Assembly: GCA_051294905.1 (NCBI GenBank)
Contig: CM119371.1
Location: forward strand, 1,986,001-2,050,000
Origin: Botryllus schlosseri
Lineage: Eukaryota
Length of the DNA stretch: 64,000 bases
Direction: 5' to 3'
The first letter of the stretch is position 1. Every line of letters begins with the position of its first letter. Positions 47,801 through 59,248 of the stretch are shown here, piece after piece. Made by a program: the position numbers and the translations under genes. The notes below the pieces were generated by a model. The model worked only from the letters and a program-made list of their open reading frames with translations, was not told the origin of the DNA and made no database searches.

Positions 47801-48977
47801 TCTTTTATACAGAGACCAATTGCGATTATCATATTATGGTTGCTTTTTGTTCTTGGCCTTACCGTGCTATTTGCATTCTTACGCAACCACCAGCCATGCA
47901 ATTCTATTATAGATACAAACAATTTCGCACAATTCACAATTCATAAGATATAAGCTAGGAATCAATGAGATCACTTCTACATCGGTTTTCCAGCTTTTAT
48001 GTATTACAGCAACAGCAACCGGTTGTTCTTGTTCAACAAAAAGCACAACAGCAAATGATTGCTCGATTTATTGATCGACTAATACCCACCTATATTCATT
48101 TACAGCAAATCCTTCACTATGATTATATAAGAAGCATATATAAATTACCTTGCACAGTGAAGTTTTCGGTATTCTTATATAGAAATATGCTTGGATTAGC
48201 CTCGATTAACTGCGATTTCCCTAAACGCTACTAAAACCAAAACGACGACGATATCTGCACTGCAAGCCGCCATTATCAGAGCGCTTCTGTCTTTTGTCTG
48301 GCGGTTTGAAACCTGCGCGCCGAAACGGGTGTTCGCGTGGGGAGAAAGTGCCTCAAGCCATTGAGTCACTCGGCTACGACGGCTAGACGGCTACACTACG
48401 GAGTACGGATGAGCAGCCGGATGATTTTCAGCGTAGCCGGAGTAGATCCGGATTCTGAATTTGCTTTGATAGTCGGATTGTAGCAGGATTTTTCTATTGA
48501 ACTATCAAATAGTATAGCATTATTTTGGCAGCAGTTTTTCGGGTTACCCAGAATTCATAAGATTTTCAAATTGCCGCCTGGATTCGGATTCCAAAATTTG
48601 GGATGGCCAAGAATCAAAATATCTACAAAATCACGTGAAAGCGGCGTGTGACAAAAGGAAAAACATTCGATCATAGCAATTTACAACGATGTAAATTGCT
48701 ATGATTCGATAGTGGCAATTATGGTGACATATCACCCCATAAGAGTAAGACATCAATAAAATTGATAGTATAGATAAATTATACCATAAAAGGAAACAAT
48801 AATCGAATTTGATTCCTCACAAATGTATTTTCGGCATTTTGACGAAATTTGTTGGATAAGAAAAAGATGTACTCAAGATACGTTTCCGGACAAGATATGC
48901 ACAAACACAATTTTGAGATAATTAGGATAACAAAAAGATATCCGAACATGTCCGAAATATATCTCGTGTTTGCTGGG
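44826..48977 (-). mobile_element. Non-autonomous CMC/EnSpm-type element, copy 2 (inverted relative to copy 1)
   Basis: Same TIRs; 2-bp TSD AT inside a ~150-bp tandem duplication (44670..44825 and 48978..49095); mirrored ORFs such as 38486 vs 47711. Confidence 0.8.
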
Positions 48978-49454
48978 ATATTGTAAATATGCGTGGAGGT
49001 GTTGGCATAACAAGTGTTGAGGATATGTTACGGTACACGCGGACACAAGTGACTGTCTGCAGCGAAATTATTCGCCCTCGAACGACAAGTGCGTGGTGAG
49101 CTCGTGATCGATATACCGATTACTAGGTATGTAATGCCGACAGTTAACACGTTGATGCGCGTAAAATTGAGAATCAGCTATTTGTTTAATTACTTATTAT
49201 ATATTCATAATGCTACTTTATATAAGTCAATCCGTGTCGGGGCGCCTAATACAAATTTCTACTATATTTAATCTGATTCTCGGTATGACTCGAAATGACA
49301 CACATATTTATAATCATAACAGATCATTTCTCCTCACTATTTAAGTCAACAAAAAAGCAAAAGGCGGACAAGTACGACAGTATGAGACAGACCACAAGCA
49401 TCACTTTACACACCCGAACGTATGGACACCTAAAACACGCACCAGAATCTAGCG

Positions 49455-49831
49455 GATCAGGAGAAAACTATACTGACGTCACGACCGGCAATTATTCCTA
49501 TGACCCCCCGTACACGAAATTGAATCAACCGCGGAACGACGAGTCAACCAGTTTGACGGGTTATTGCTCCCAAGCCACGAAATTGGACCACGAGACGACG
49601 GGTCAGGGCAGGCAACTATTATCAACCCCCGTCCAGGATCTCATGGATCGGAAGAAAACTATACTGACGTCACGACCGGCAATTATTCCTATGACCCCCC
49701 CGTACACGAAATTGAATCAAACGCGGATCGACAAGTCATCCAGGAGATTTGACAGGCAATTATTCCCAAGACTCGTCCTTGGATTGACCACGGACCGATA
49801 GGTCAGGACAGGTAGCTATTATCAAGCCCCA
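49455..49831. repeat. ~191-bp tandem duplication
   Basis: gaaaactatactgacgtcacgaccggcaattattcctatgaccccccgtacacgaaattgaatcaa occurs twice. Confidence 0.85.
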
Positions 49832-50091
49832 TTAAAAAAATACTAAATATACAAGTCTCGTGTACCAGAGGTCAGGCGAGGTAGAATCAGGAGTGGAAAA
49901 GTACAAGTAGAAGTACTCAAGTCTCATGTCTGAGTACAAAGGTCAATCGAGATTCTTTGTTCGTTTTCTCTCTAGCGTCAATCCCCCTTTTTTTAATTGC
50001 CGCACAGTCAGAAGGGAATTCCCCTCGAGTATTGCTGCAAAACTGAGAATGAGCTAATTCTTTCAATACTTATTATATTGATAATCTTTGT

Positions 50092-51516
50092 TTGTTTATT
50101 ATAAATCGCGAATGGGCACATTCCGCACATTTACCTAACTACTCGCATTGCGTCGCTGATTCGTTTACATTCGCGCACGAGATGAAAACAACCGACCTTC
50201 CAAACTCGAATATGTTTCTCGGTTCATATGATATCGTTAGTATCTTCACGAACGTGCCGCTGAAGGAGACCATTGATATCTGTGCGGACGCGCTATATGA
50301 TGGTGGTGATTTAGCACCACCTTCCTTCTCGCGTAAAGTGTTCGTTGAACTTCTTAATACGGCTACTTGCTCTGTTGAGTTTAGTTTTAACGATACCATC
50401 TACATGCAAACCGACAGTGTAGCTATGGGTAGCCCTCTTGGCCCGATTTTAGCCAATATATATGTGGGATTCCATGAAAACAGACTTTTCGCGGCAGATG
50501 AAACCAAGCCTCCATTCATGTACCGTCGCTATGTCAACGACACTTTCGTTATCTGTCAAAATGAGACGGAGTTCGATGACTTTTTTGATAACTTGAATTC
50601 TCTACACCCGTCTTTAAAATTCACATATGAAAAAGAGCGTGCTAACTCGTTACCATTCTTAGACGTTCTAGTGGAAAAACGGGATATTAGCTTTGTCACT
50701 TCGATTTACCGGAAGCCAACGTTTACAGGGCATTATATACGCTGGAATTCTTTCAGCCCGAATCGCCGTAAACTAAATTTGATTGGCACGTTGGTGAACA
50801 GAGCCTTGATGATTCGTTCGGAGGAAAAATTAAACGCGGAGCTAGAATATATCCGCAAAATTCGAATCGATAACGGGTACCCCGAACACATCATCAAGAG
50901 TTTTGTTGACAGAAAACTCAGGAATTTCAATCCCAACAAATCACAAAACACGAACACACGGTCTGAGGAAAATGTATATATACATTTACCGTGACTGGGC
51001 ACCATCTCTTCCCGGTTTGAAAAGCAATTGATTTCTGCTGTAAATCGTTATTACGGTGACGTAAAAACTAATGTGTTTACCACCAAACAATTGCTTCCTG
51101 CAACGCGCAAAGATGTTCTTCCTGCTTGTCAACAAAGCAATATAGTCTATGATTTCCAGTGCCACTGTGATTGTCGGTACCTGGGAAGAACAACTCAGCG
51201 CTTGCAGGAACGCATCAAACAACATGTTCCGAGCGTTATTAGATCAAACACACTAGACTCTCGCGAAGACGCAGCCGAAACTGATCTGCGATTACTAGAA
51301 CGTAATCATGCCATGGCCATGAACTCTGCCATCGGCAAGCATTTGGCTGAGAATGTAACTTGCGCTAAAAACTATTGCGATGAAAGATTTTCTATATTAG
51401 GCAGAGGCCGCACTAATTTCCATCTGTTTGCACTGGAATCGACTTATATTAAAATCCACCGACCGCGCTTGTGTCAGCAGAAGGAATTTTTAGTGAATCT
51501 GAAAATTGGCCACTAG
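50092..51516 (+). pseudogene. Penelope RT + GIY-YIG endonuclease, inactivated
   Basis: SYDIVSIFTNVP, AMGSPLGP, RYVND (catalytic DD to ND), LPFLDV and IYRKPT; an in-frame TGA at 50992; then NIVY..CHC..YLGRT. Confidence 0.92.
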
Positions 51517-51708
51517 CCGCGCTCGCGCTTTGCCTGTATTTCATGTTGTTTGTTCCTATGACGTCATAATTGGTTGTAGGCAATGTAGCTAGATGCATGT
51601 TTTTGAAATTCTTCATTTGCTGACGATTGCCCTTGAAAAGTTTCAGCTCTAAAAGCTTAGGGTTTTAATATATTTTCACTATGAATATATTATTAAAATG
51701 TATATTAA
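50110..51708 (+). mobile_element. 5'-truncated Penelope-like retroelement
   Basis: RT followed by GIY-YIG endonuclease and a terminal segment shared with 42267..42380. Confidence 0.9.
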
Positions 51709-51723
51709 CGAATTTCACTATGC

Positions 51724-53291
51724 CAGTGGTTCCCAACCTCTTTCATCTCGTGCCTCCCTTGGCCGAAATTTGAGCCAAAATTCCCCCCTTAGGAGAAATC
51801 TGCCCGATGATTAAAAAAGGTCATTTTGACCGCGCAATCACCTGTTGACCGAGGAATAAGACGGGAGGTACATAGTGTTTGTTGCTAGCAGGGCTGTAAC
51901 AAAACTTTGTAGACCTCCAAAAACAAATGGTCTTGGTCCCAATCAAACTAATTCTGGAAGGATTGACTCAACAGACCCCCATACTTCCATTTGTGTTTTC
52001 GGCTTATCATGCACCAATCGCTAATATAACTGCTGTGAAAAATCAGTAGGGCCTATGCATAAATTTACTGGTCTCGCGATTTTTTTTCTCAAGTTTGCTT
52101 ATGCATTTGGCCAACAATATTGGTATTTTCATATATAGCAGGATAGCATTTTCTGATGACTCGACTTGACTCGAGTCATTTTCTCAAAATAGGGAAACGA
52201 CTCGACTCGACTAGAGACAATCTATGTGTATTGACTCGACTTGGAGGCATTGTACATGACTCGAACCAAGCCATATGACTCGTGACTAGACGGCCAAGAC
52301 CGACATTTCATTGTAATTTCGAAGAACAGTAAAGTGGCCTTCCTATTGGAATTTCGTCTATTGGTCCTGGTACTTGAAAATGCGACAATAAACTGCTCAA
52401 AGTGAGGAAAATTAGTATATTATAAATCAAAATCGTTCATTATCACCAAACAGAGTTATAAAAAGTGAGTTAAACAAGACTTCAACTGGAAACTGAGCAG
52501 TCAACACAATGAATTGGACTCGGACTCGAGTCATAATACCATAACTCGGACTCGACCCTATGCTCGGTGACTTGGACCGTCGGACTTGACTCAATGGTAA
52601 ATTGAAAATGACTCGACTTGACTCGAGTCAAAACTATGAAAGTGAAATTGACTTGTGACTCGGAGCCTCTCGTGACTTGGTTACAGCCCTGATAAATACC
52701 CTGATATATAACATACACGTGATCAGATTTCCTGCTTGAGCTCATTGAAATTTAGGACACTCATTCGGTTTCGGCAACATTGCACCAAGTTTAACATGGA
52801 TTTTTTCGATCGAGTAGCTGTTCACTAAAATTAAAGCAAGGCTAGCGATCTCTTTGACTTGAATCAATGACGTTGGAATATTTTTTCACTTTATGAAAAT
52901 GTTGACATGAAAATATAAGATAAATACTTTCGTTAGAGGCCTTGTTGTGATAGATTCGGCACGACATTTGCTCGCTTAGAATATATTTGATTGAGAGGCG
53001 GTCGCTGGCATACAAAATTGTCTTGCGAACTGCAGCACATCTGAACTAGTTTTTAAAAAAAAACAAGGGGGAACTTGTGTGGGAGAAAGAGATTTCAAAT
53101 AGCATTTGAACAAGCTTTCAGCAAAAAAAAACAGCTGTAAGGAGCATACGTTCTGATATAACTGGTTGCCAACATGACAGTTCGGACATGAACAATTTGG
53201 GAAATCCGTTACAATTCTAAAGTGGAATTCCTCCCTAAAAATTGCAAAATTCCCCCCAAGGGGGGAATTCCTCCCCGGTTGGGAACTACTG
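51724..53291. mobile_element. Non-autonomous hAT element containing gactcga-repeat DNA
   Basis: TIRs cagtggttcccaacc / ggttgggaactactg; TSD cactatgc on both sides. Confidence 0.9.
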
Positions 53292-53730
53292 CACTATGCA
53301 ATGATGCGTAATAATTACATGAGTGTCAAGCAGACGATTACAAAGGAGACATTAGGCATCCAATCTGATCAGTAATTGTTGCTTACTTGGAATGGGGGTG
53401 TCAGTTAATATTGAGTAGTTCACATCGCGGTAATTGTTTGCTGATTGTAACAGTGATGTGGGCTACATTGCTGCAATTCTTGAATAACGGTTACAACACC
53501 TTATTGGAAGAACGTCACTTTTCAAAATTGCAGGCATATACAGCATCACCATGAAATTCGCCACTCCAATTAAAACTGGAATGGAATAAAATGGAACTTG
53601 TATGGTCAATAGAATTTAATTCAAAGAAATATAAAGTGCGTTAGCTTGTCTAATTGACAGAGCACAGAGAACACGGTGACCCATTCTTCAAGAATCCATG
53701 ATCTAGCGGTTGGCCTACCTGTGTGTGGGT

Positions 53731-55520
53731 TAGGCTTGTTCAGAATTGATCGACTTTCCAAAAGTCCAGGTTTTCAGTCCGATTCCCATGCCTTATACCT
53801 TAAAAACATATTCTGGCTACTTTTTTTGTAACTCGTCCCCTGCATCCGTGTGCACATTGAGCTGGAAGAGTAGCAGCTGAAAATAGGGGATTCCCCTAAA
53901 ATCTGAGTGTCACGATTTTACTTAGCCTAGTTTAAGTGACATATAACATGGATTTATGCAGCTGTTGCGGTTTGGAGTGCTACAAAACCCCACTATATAA
54001 GGCATTGCTAGTTCAGGATATCATTTCCATGTCCCCCACTGCCTTAGAACTGCTCAAAACTACCTAAAACTGATAGTTATTTTGTTGGATCACATATCCT
54101 ACACCCCTCAAACCTACCCGGAACTGTTCATCAATTTCCTGGATCCCCATGTGCAGGAATACAACTGTAAATGTAACATCCACTCACAGACACATTATAA
54201 ACATCACAGGAAACGAACAAATAAGGCAAAGAAAGAGATCAACTCGGCAAAATATTACATAAATCAGGTGGATGAAATGCTGGTTGCTTTCGAGAAATCT
54301 GCATATCTGTTCTGGTGATCTTCCACAGCTTGTAAGAGGCTCGCTCGCTGTTTTTTGTCATCCGTTTTGAACGCAGCATAGTCGATATTCAATTCTACCA
54401 TATACTCTGCTGCATCATTAACTACTTCAACAGTATTCACAAATTCTTGAGTAGTCACGAAATCCGGATCAGTATGCCATTCTGAAACTGGAAGACTCAA
54501 CCAATCATGTTCCACATGTATAGCATCAAATAGAAACCACGATTCTGGCCCAATCAAATCGACCATACTGATTGACTCAGAGACAAAGTCAGAGATCAGA
54601 CTGAGAGGCATACCTCTGCGAATTTTTTTAGGGATTGGCATTTTCAGCAATTTAGCAGCCATCGCATCCTTCAGTTTGTCAGGAATCTTTGGATTAGCCG
54701 AGAACATGTTAAATACCACCATTTCCCCAGTTAGATACCAATGATGTTTTCGCAATTTCTTGTATGCCACATTAGCAACAGTGAGATCGCATAATGAAAC
54801 GTTTTTCATGTCATGAAGGAATTTGAGATCATTCCAAGGTGCGTCACATGCAATACCAGTTTTCAACCGACCTGGAACATAAAACAAAGCAATGAATGTA
54901 TTGATCCGTTCCAACATTTCAATGAACTCTTCAGAATAGTCCATTTGCTCACTCCACATGAACATTTTTTGACAGTACAGGACTTGACTCGTCCATCTAG
55001 CGCTATGAGTAGCACCAGGCTTGCAAAAACGATGATCAACATTTGTCATCCAAAATCGCCAAGGTTGCACATTCTCTGTAGTCATCTCTTATCAAGACTT
55101 CTTTCTGCTTTCCATCATTGGGTTTCATCAGTGGAATTATTTCTTGCTTTGCTTCATCAGCTTTCATCGCCAACCAGCTGCCTTCAATAAACTTCGGCGT
55201 TTTATAGCTTCTTGATTTATCGATATGTTTCCACTTCTTCTTGAAGGTATTAAAATCCTGTTTTCAGGGCCTATGGCTGTCGATCCAAACAAACACTTCC
55301 AAACCTCTCGGATGACCAGTTCATAAATATGATGGCGACAGGCATTGTAGAAAACTTTTCTGTTAATCAATTCTTCAAGTAACGGGACCGCACCTTAGTT
55401 TTTACCAGTGTTTGAGGATGTTGTGTCAAACACAAGAGCTCTAACAGATTTTGTCAAATTCCAAAGTTCCTGCAGTTCAAATGATCCATCAGCCTGTGCT
55501 TTTCCTGTAGCACTTTCCGA
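53731..55520 (-). pseudogene. Truncated, decayed hATm-type transposase with probable TIR remnant at 53731
   Basis: FDTTSSNTG, ACRHHIYELV, PGATHSARW and VVNDAAE motifs paralogous to element B; taggcttgttcagaatt at 53731. Confidence 0.8.
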
Positions 55521-57453
55521 CAAAAAACAGGAAGCGAGGATATATGCTATCGTTTGCACAAGTACAACGCTCGACATCTATTATTTGCTCACCCCTTAGT
55601 AAAAACTGCCAAAACACGTCGATTTGTTCATGCGTCAACTGTAATCCTGCACCAGTATTGGTCGCGTTGGACTGGAGCCGAGCCTCGGCGCCGGTTACTT
55701 GGTAGTCTAACGCAGAATCAGTAGGCTACTGTGTGGTGAGTTAGAGACCTTATGCTTCACATAGAGCTTGCAGAGACGACATACAAATGTAACAAGGTAT
55801 ATATGCGGAAAAATAACATCTTTTTTCGCGTGAGCATACCACGTGCTTAGTTCACTACTGAAACTTCTTTTGCAGAGGCTTACAACTTTATTACAAGAAG
55901 CTTCACATTATAACGAGTCAAAACCTAGGGCTTCCTTCGTCCACCATAGGCATTCATTATTAAACATCATGTGAATACTTTTTGTCTCACATTACATATG
56001 AAACAGATTAGTTGTATGCACGTTATTGTAGCACTTACCAAGATTTTATGGGTTAACATTAGTGAATGACACTACGAATGTTGGGCCACGCAAACAGCTC
56101 AGTAAACAAAATATATTTTAACGCAAGTCATCCAACTATGCCGTTTGTTTATTTTTGTAGATAACAGGGAAGCACACCGGCCGACAATATGACAGGAAGG
56201 CGGATATTTACCTCGGATGTAGTAACTTTGCAGATCGTGCTATTGCCTTTATAGTGCCTCGAATATATTAGACATCCATACCAATTGATCCATCAAATTT
56301 AAAGTCCCTACCAATTATTTTATGTGATCACGAATCATCAATCATACATTGGAAATATGCGGTAAATTATATCAATACAATAATTCTAGTCACTATTTCT
56401 CAGTTACGATTTAGACCACAACCAAATTCTGGTTGGATGCTGGTTTATATTCAAAATAGTACCATTGTTAGTGATGAGTAAAATCTAATAACGATTCGAA
56501 ATCGACTATATGACCGCTCTGACTCGAATCGTCTAGAACAGTGCTCTTCAACCTTTTTCGACGTGGTACACCCTTTTAACGTTTGCTCAAAACTCGTACA
56601 CCCCTGTTCATTAGGGGTCTTCAAAAATGACTTTTTTCCTCAAATCGTACTGGCTACTTGATAAAATTGTTAGGTTACCTAACTTAAGCCTACACACCAA
56701 ATTTGGTTCAATTCCAACCAGTAGCCGCATGGCTACGGGAGAAGAAAGTTTCTATTTATTATATAAAAATAAATAACGAAAAATGTGAAATTTTTCTGTT
56801 GTCTATAAAAATGATGTTCTTCAAATTTGATTCTATTCCAACCAGTAGAAGCGGAGTTATTGCCGTCAAAAAAAAATTGGATTTGAATAAAATAGTATTT
56901 GGTCACAGAGTTTATTCGCAGCCAGTTAGGCCGCCCGTCACGCAAATTGGAATTTATTTCGTGTCAGCCCCAAAACAGCATGACATTACAAACGATAATC
57001 AACCTAAATTTAACAGTATTGGGGAGAAAGTAAGTAAAGCTACTGCTGGAGAAGCGGTAATTCAGATCAGCGATGATAGCAGGCGCACCAGCCTACTGCG
57101 TATCAGGCCTGCTTCACACCACACACAGTCGATAGTAGCACATGGGCTGGAAGAGATGTCAGTAACCTCAGATCGTGTGCCGCTATACACAGTCTATTGT
57201 CGCTAATTGGCATCACTAATAACAAAATACTAAATTGCAAATGTATGGCGAAAGATAGGATATAAAATCGGCATTTTAAAACAAAAGTGTTTGTTGTTTC
57301 AACATGGAAGCTGTTTCGACCCTGGCTGGCTACGTCACTTCATTCATGTGCATTGCGGTATTTATTAACGCCGGGTAGGAAGTACCGATTCAAGAAGTCT
57401 GAGCTATCGCGGCGGTTTCCTCAAAAATCACTTAAAGACAAATGACTAAAGCT

Positions 57454-58647
57454 CAGACCTGGGCAAAGTGCGGCCCGCGGGAAAAATGCGGCCCGCGAAG
57501 CCATCCTGTGCGGCCCGCGAAAGGTTGCTTGGAATTCTTAACATGCAACCTGCTTTTTTAATGATGATGCGTGGACTATAATTTGGGCTGTATCAACTAA
57601 ACAGACAATTCGTTTGCTTTGAAGCCTGTTCATTGATATGTCACGACTACGCTTCCTACATTCCTTTCATGCGTACTCCAGATTCAAAATAAAGGCATTG
57701 TGGCTAAGTATGAGCAACAATTAAATCCATAAGAAATCACTCTTTCCATAGTTTAGGTCAAACCTTCTTAGTTGCGATTGTCACATTACGCATTATACGG
57801 TACGAGTTTCAAATCGTAACGTGAGGCGTTTCCAAATCGGTAGTTGGTAAAACCAGTCAATCAGTGCTCGCGACTGCTATATGACTCATCATCATCATCA
57901 TACCTAATATCTATCACCCATAAAGGATGAAAGTTCATGTCAAAAAGAGGAAATCGAAAGCTGAAATTCATAGAGGGTTTAGCGCACTAATATTTGTATA
58001 CTGGAGTTAGGGGTAGACCCGTCATTTTAGTTTTTGCTAATCATGTCGGTGGAAGTAAGGGTTTGAATTATGACAAAAACACAAATCTCTCGGTCAAGAG
58101 ATGGTGAACTTCAGGAAAACTGCAAACTTCGCTCAACATCAAGGCTATTCGAGCTGCACACTACTCGGAATACAGCGACCAAAGCGACCAAGCTTTGTAC
58201 TATCCCATATACATTTCAGTGCAGTGGCTCTCGAACTGGGGGCCGCGAAAGCATCTGAAGGGAGGCGCGAAGCCGAAGTTAAATGTATTTTTTTTCGCGC
58301 CCCGCGCGATTTACTCCAAGCTCATAGTATAGTTATTGCTCTGTGTATTGTCCAAATTTGATATTATAGAATTCCCTCATCAACAACTATAACCTTCCAT
58401 GGCATTAAACCATCCGTTGGATTGGGCGTGAACATTTTCACTATCATGAAGCGGGGCGTTCGTAAAATAAGTTCGAGAACAACTGTTTTAGTGTCTTAAT
58501 AGAAGAACGTCGATAGGGGTTTAAAAAGAGTTAAAAACGTATCATATTTAACATTGTTTCGAATCCTGACGGCAGATAGCTATTTCATTAATTAACCGCC
58601 ACGGTTTCAACCGTGTTATTATTATATATAATAATTGCCCACCCCTG
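57454..58647. mobile_element. hAT MITE nested in 56539..59029
   Basis: cagacctgggcaa / ttgcccacccctg; flanks ctaaagct and ctacagct (7/8). Confidence 0.7.
58222..58485. mobile_element. hAT MITE, third nesting level
   Basis: cagtggctctcgaact / agttcgagaacaactg; flanks tttcagtg and ttttagtg (7/8). Confidence 0.75.
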
Positions 58648-58781
58648 CTACAGCTGAACACATGTTTGTTAACTGCATACTTTCCAACACCAAACGGAAC
58701 CATTGGTCTATTGCCGACGGCTAAATGAATAGGAGAAATATTTGCTTATGACATCACAATCAAGCGGTGTACAGTATTACC

Positions 58782-58820
58782 CAGGGATATCTAGAAGTCT
58801 AGGAGTTCTAGATATCCCTG
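58782..58820. mobile_element. 39-bp minimal TIR element with 9-bp TSD
   Basis: Perfect 15-bp TIR cagggatatctagaa, 9-bp spacer, and agtattacc on both sides. Confidence 0.8.
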
Positions 58821-59067
58821 AGTATTACCTTTGAGATAACATCGTACCATATTGCTCATTAACCTGTGCGTCACCCTGTACTGACCCATAAACCTGCCAT
58901 TGTGATAGCTAGCCATCGGCTCATTGTAATCGGATCTGGTACACCCCTGTACACCCCATCCGAGTGGTACACCCTTTGCAAATTCTGGTACACCCTAGGG
59001 TGTACGACCACCCCGGTTGAAGAGCACTGGTCTAGAATTCATCGAACAACAAAAATATGGTTGTAAG

Positions 59068-59248
59068 CAATGTTTCCTCTATTTTTGACGAGTCTGTGCA
59101 CACTCACCCACTCACTGCGCAGACACTGGGCAGCAGTGCGAAACGACTAAAAAAAGGTCATCACTTTGGATCTTTTGTGCGCATCTTAAATCTACTATGC
59201 GCAGAGCACCGCGTATTTGCGCACGTGCGCAGCTTAGAGGGAACATGG
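59068..59248. mobile_element. Short hAT-type MITE
   Basis: caatgtttcctcta / tagagggaacatgg; flanks gttgtaag and gttgtaac. Confidence 0.7.

Larger units (their letters stand above)
56539..59029. mobile_element. Non-autonomous hAT element
   Basis: TIRs cagtgctcttcaacc / ggttgaagagcactg; TSD gtctagaa; gtacaccc subterminal repeats. Confidence 0.92.

Noticed and set aside
36819..48977. One giant foldback element
   Set aside because: Each arm has its own TIR pair and its own 2-bp TSD, so these are two insertions.
51889..52691. Nested hAT with cagggctgtaac / gttacagccctg ends
   Set aside because: The 12-bp ends match but the flanks (gttgctag vs ataaatac) give no TSD, so boundaries are unsupported.
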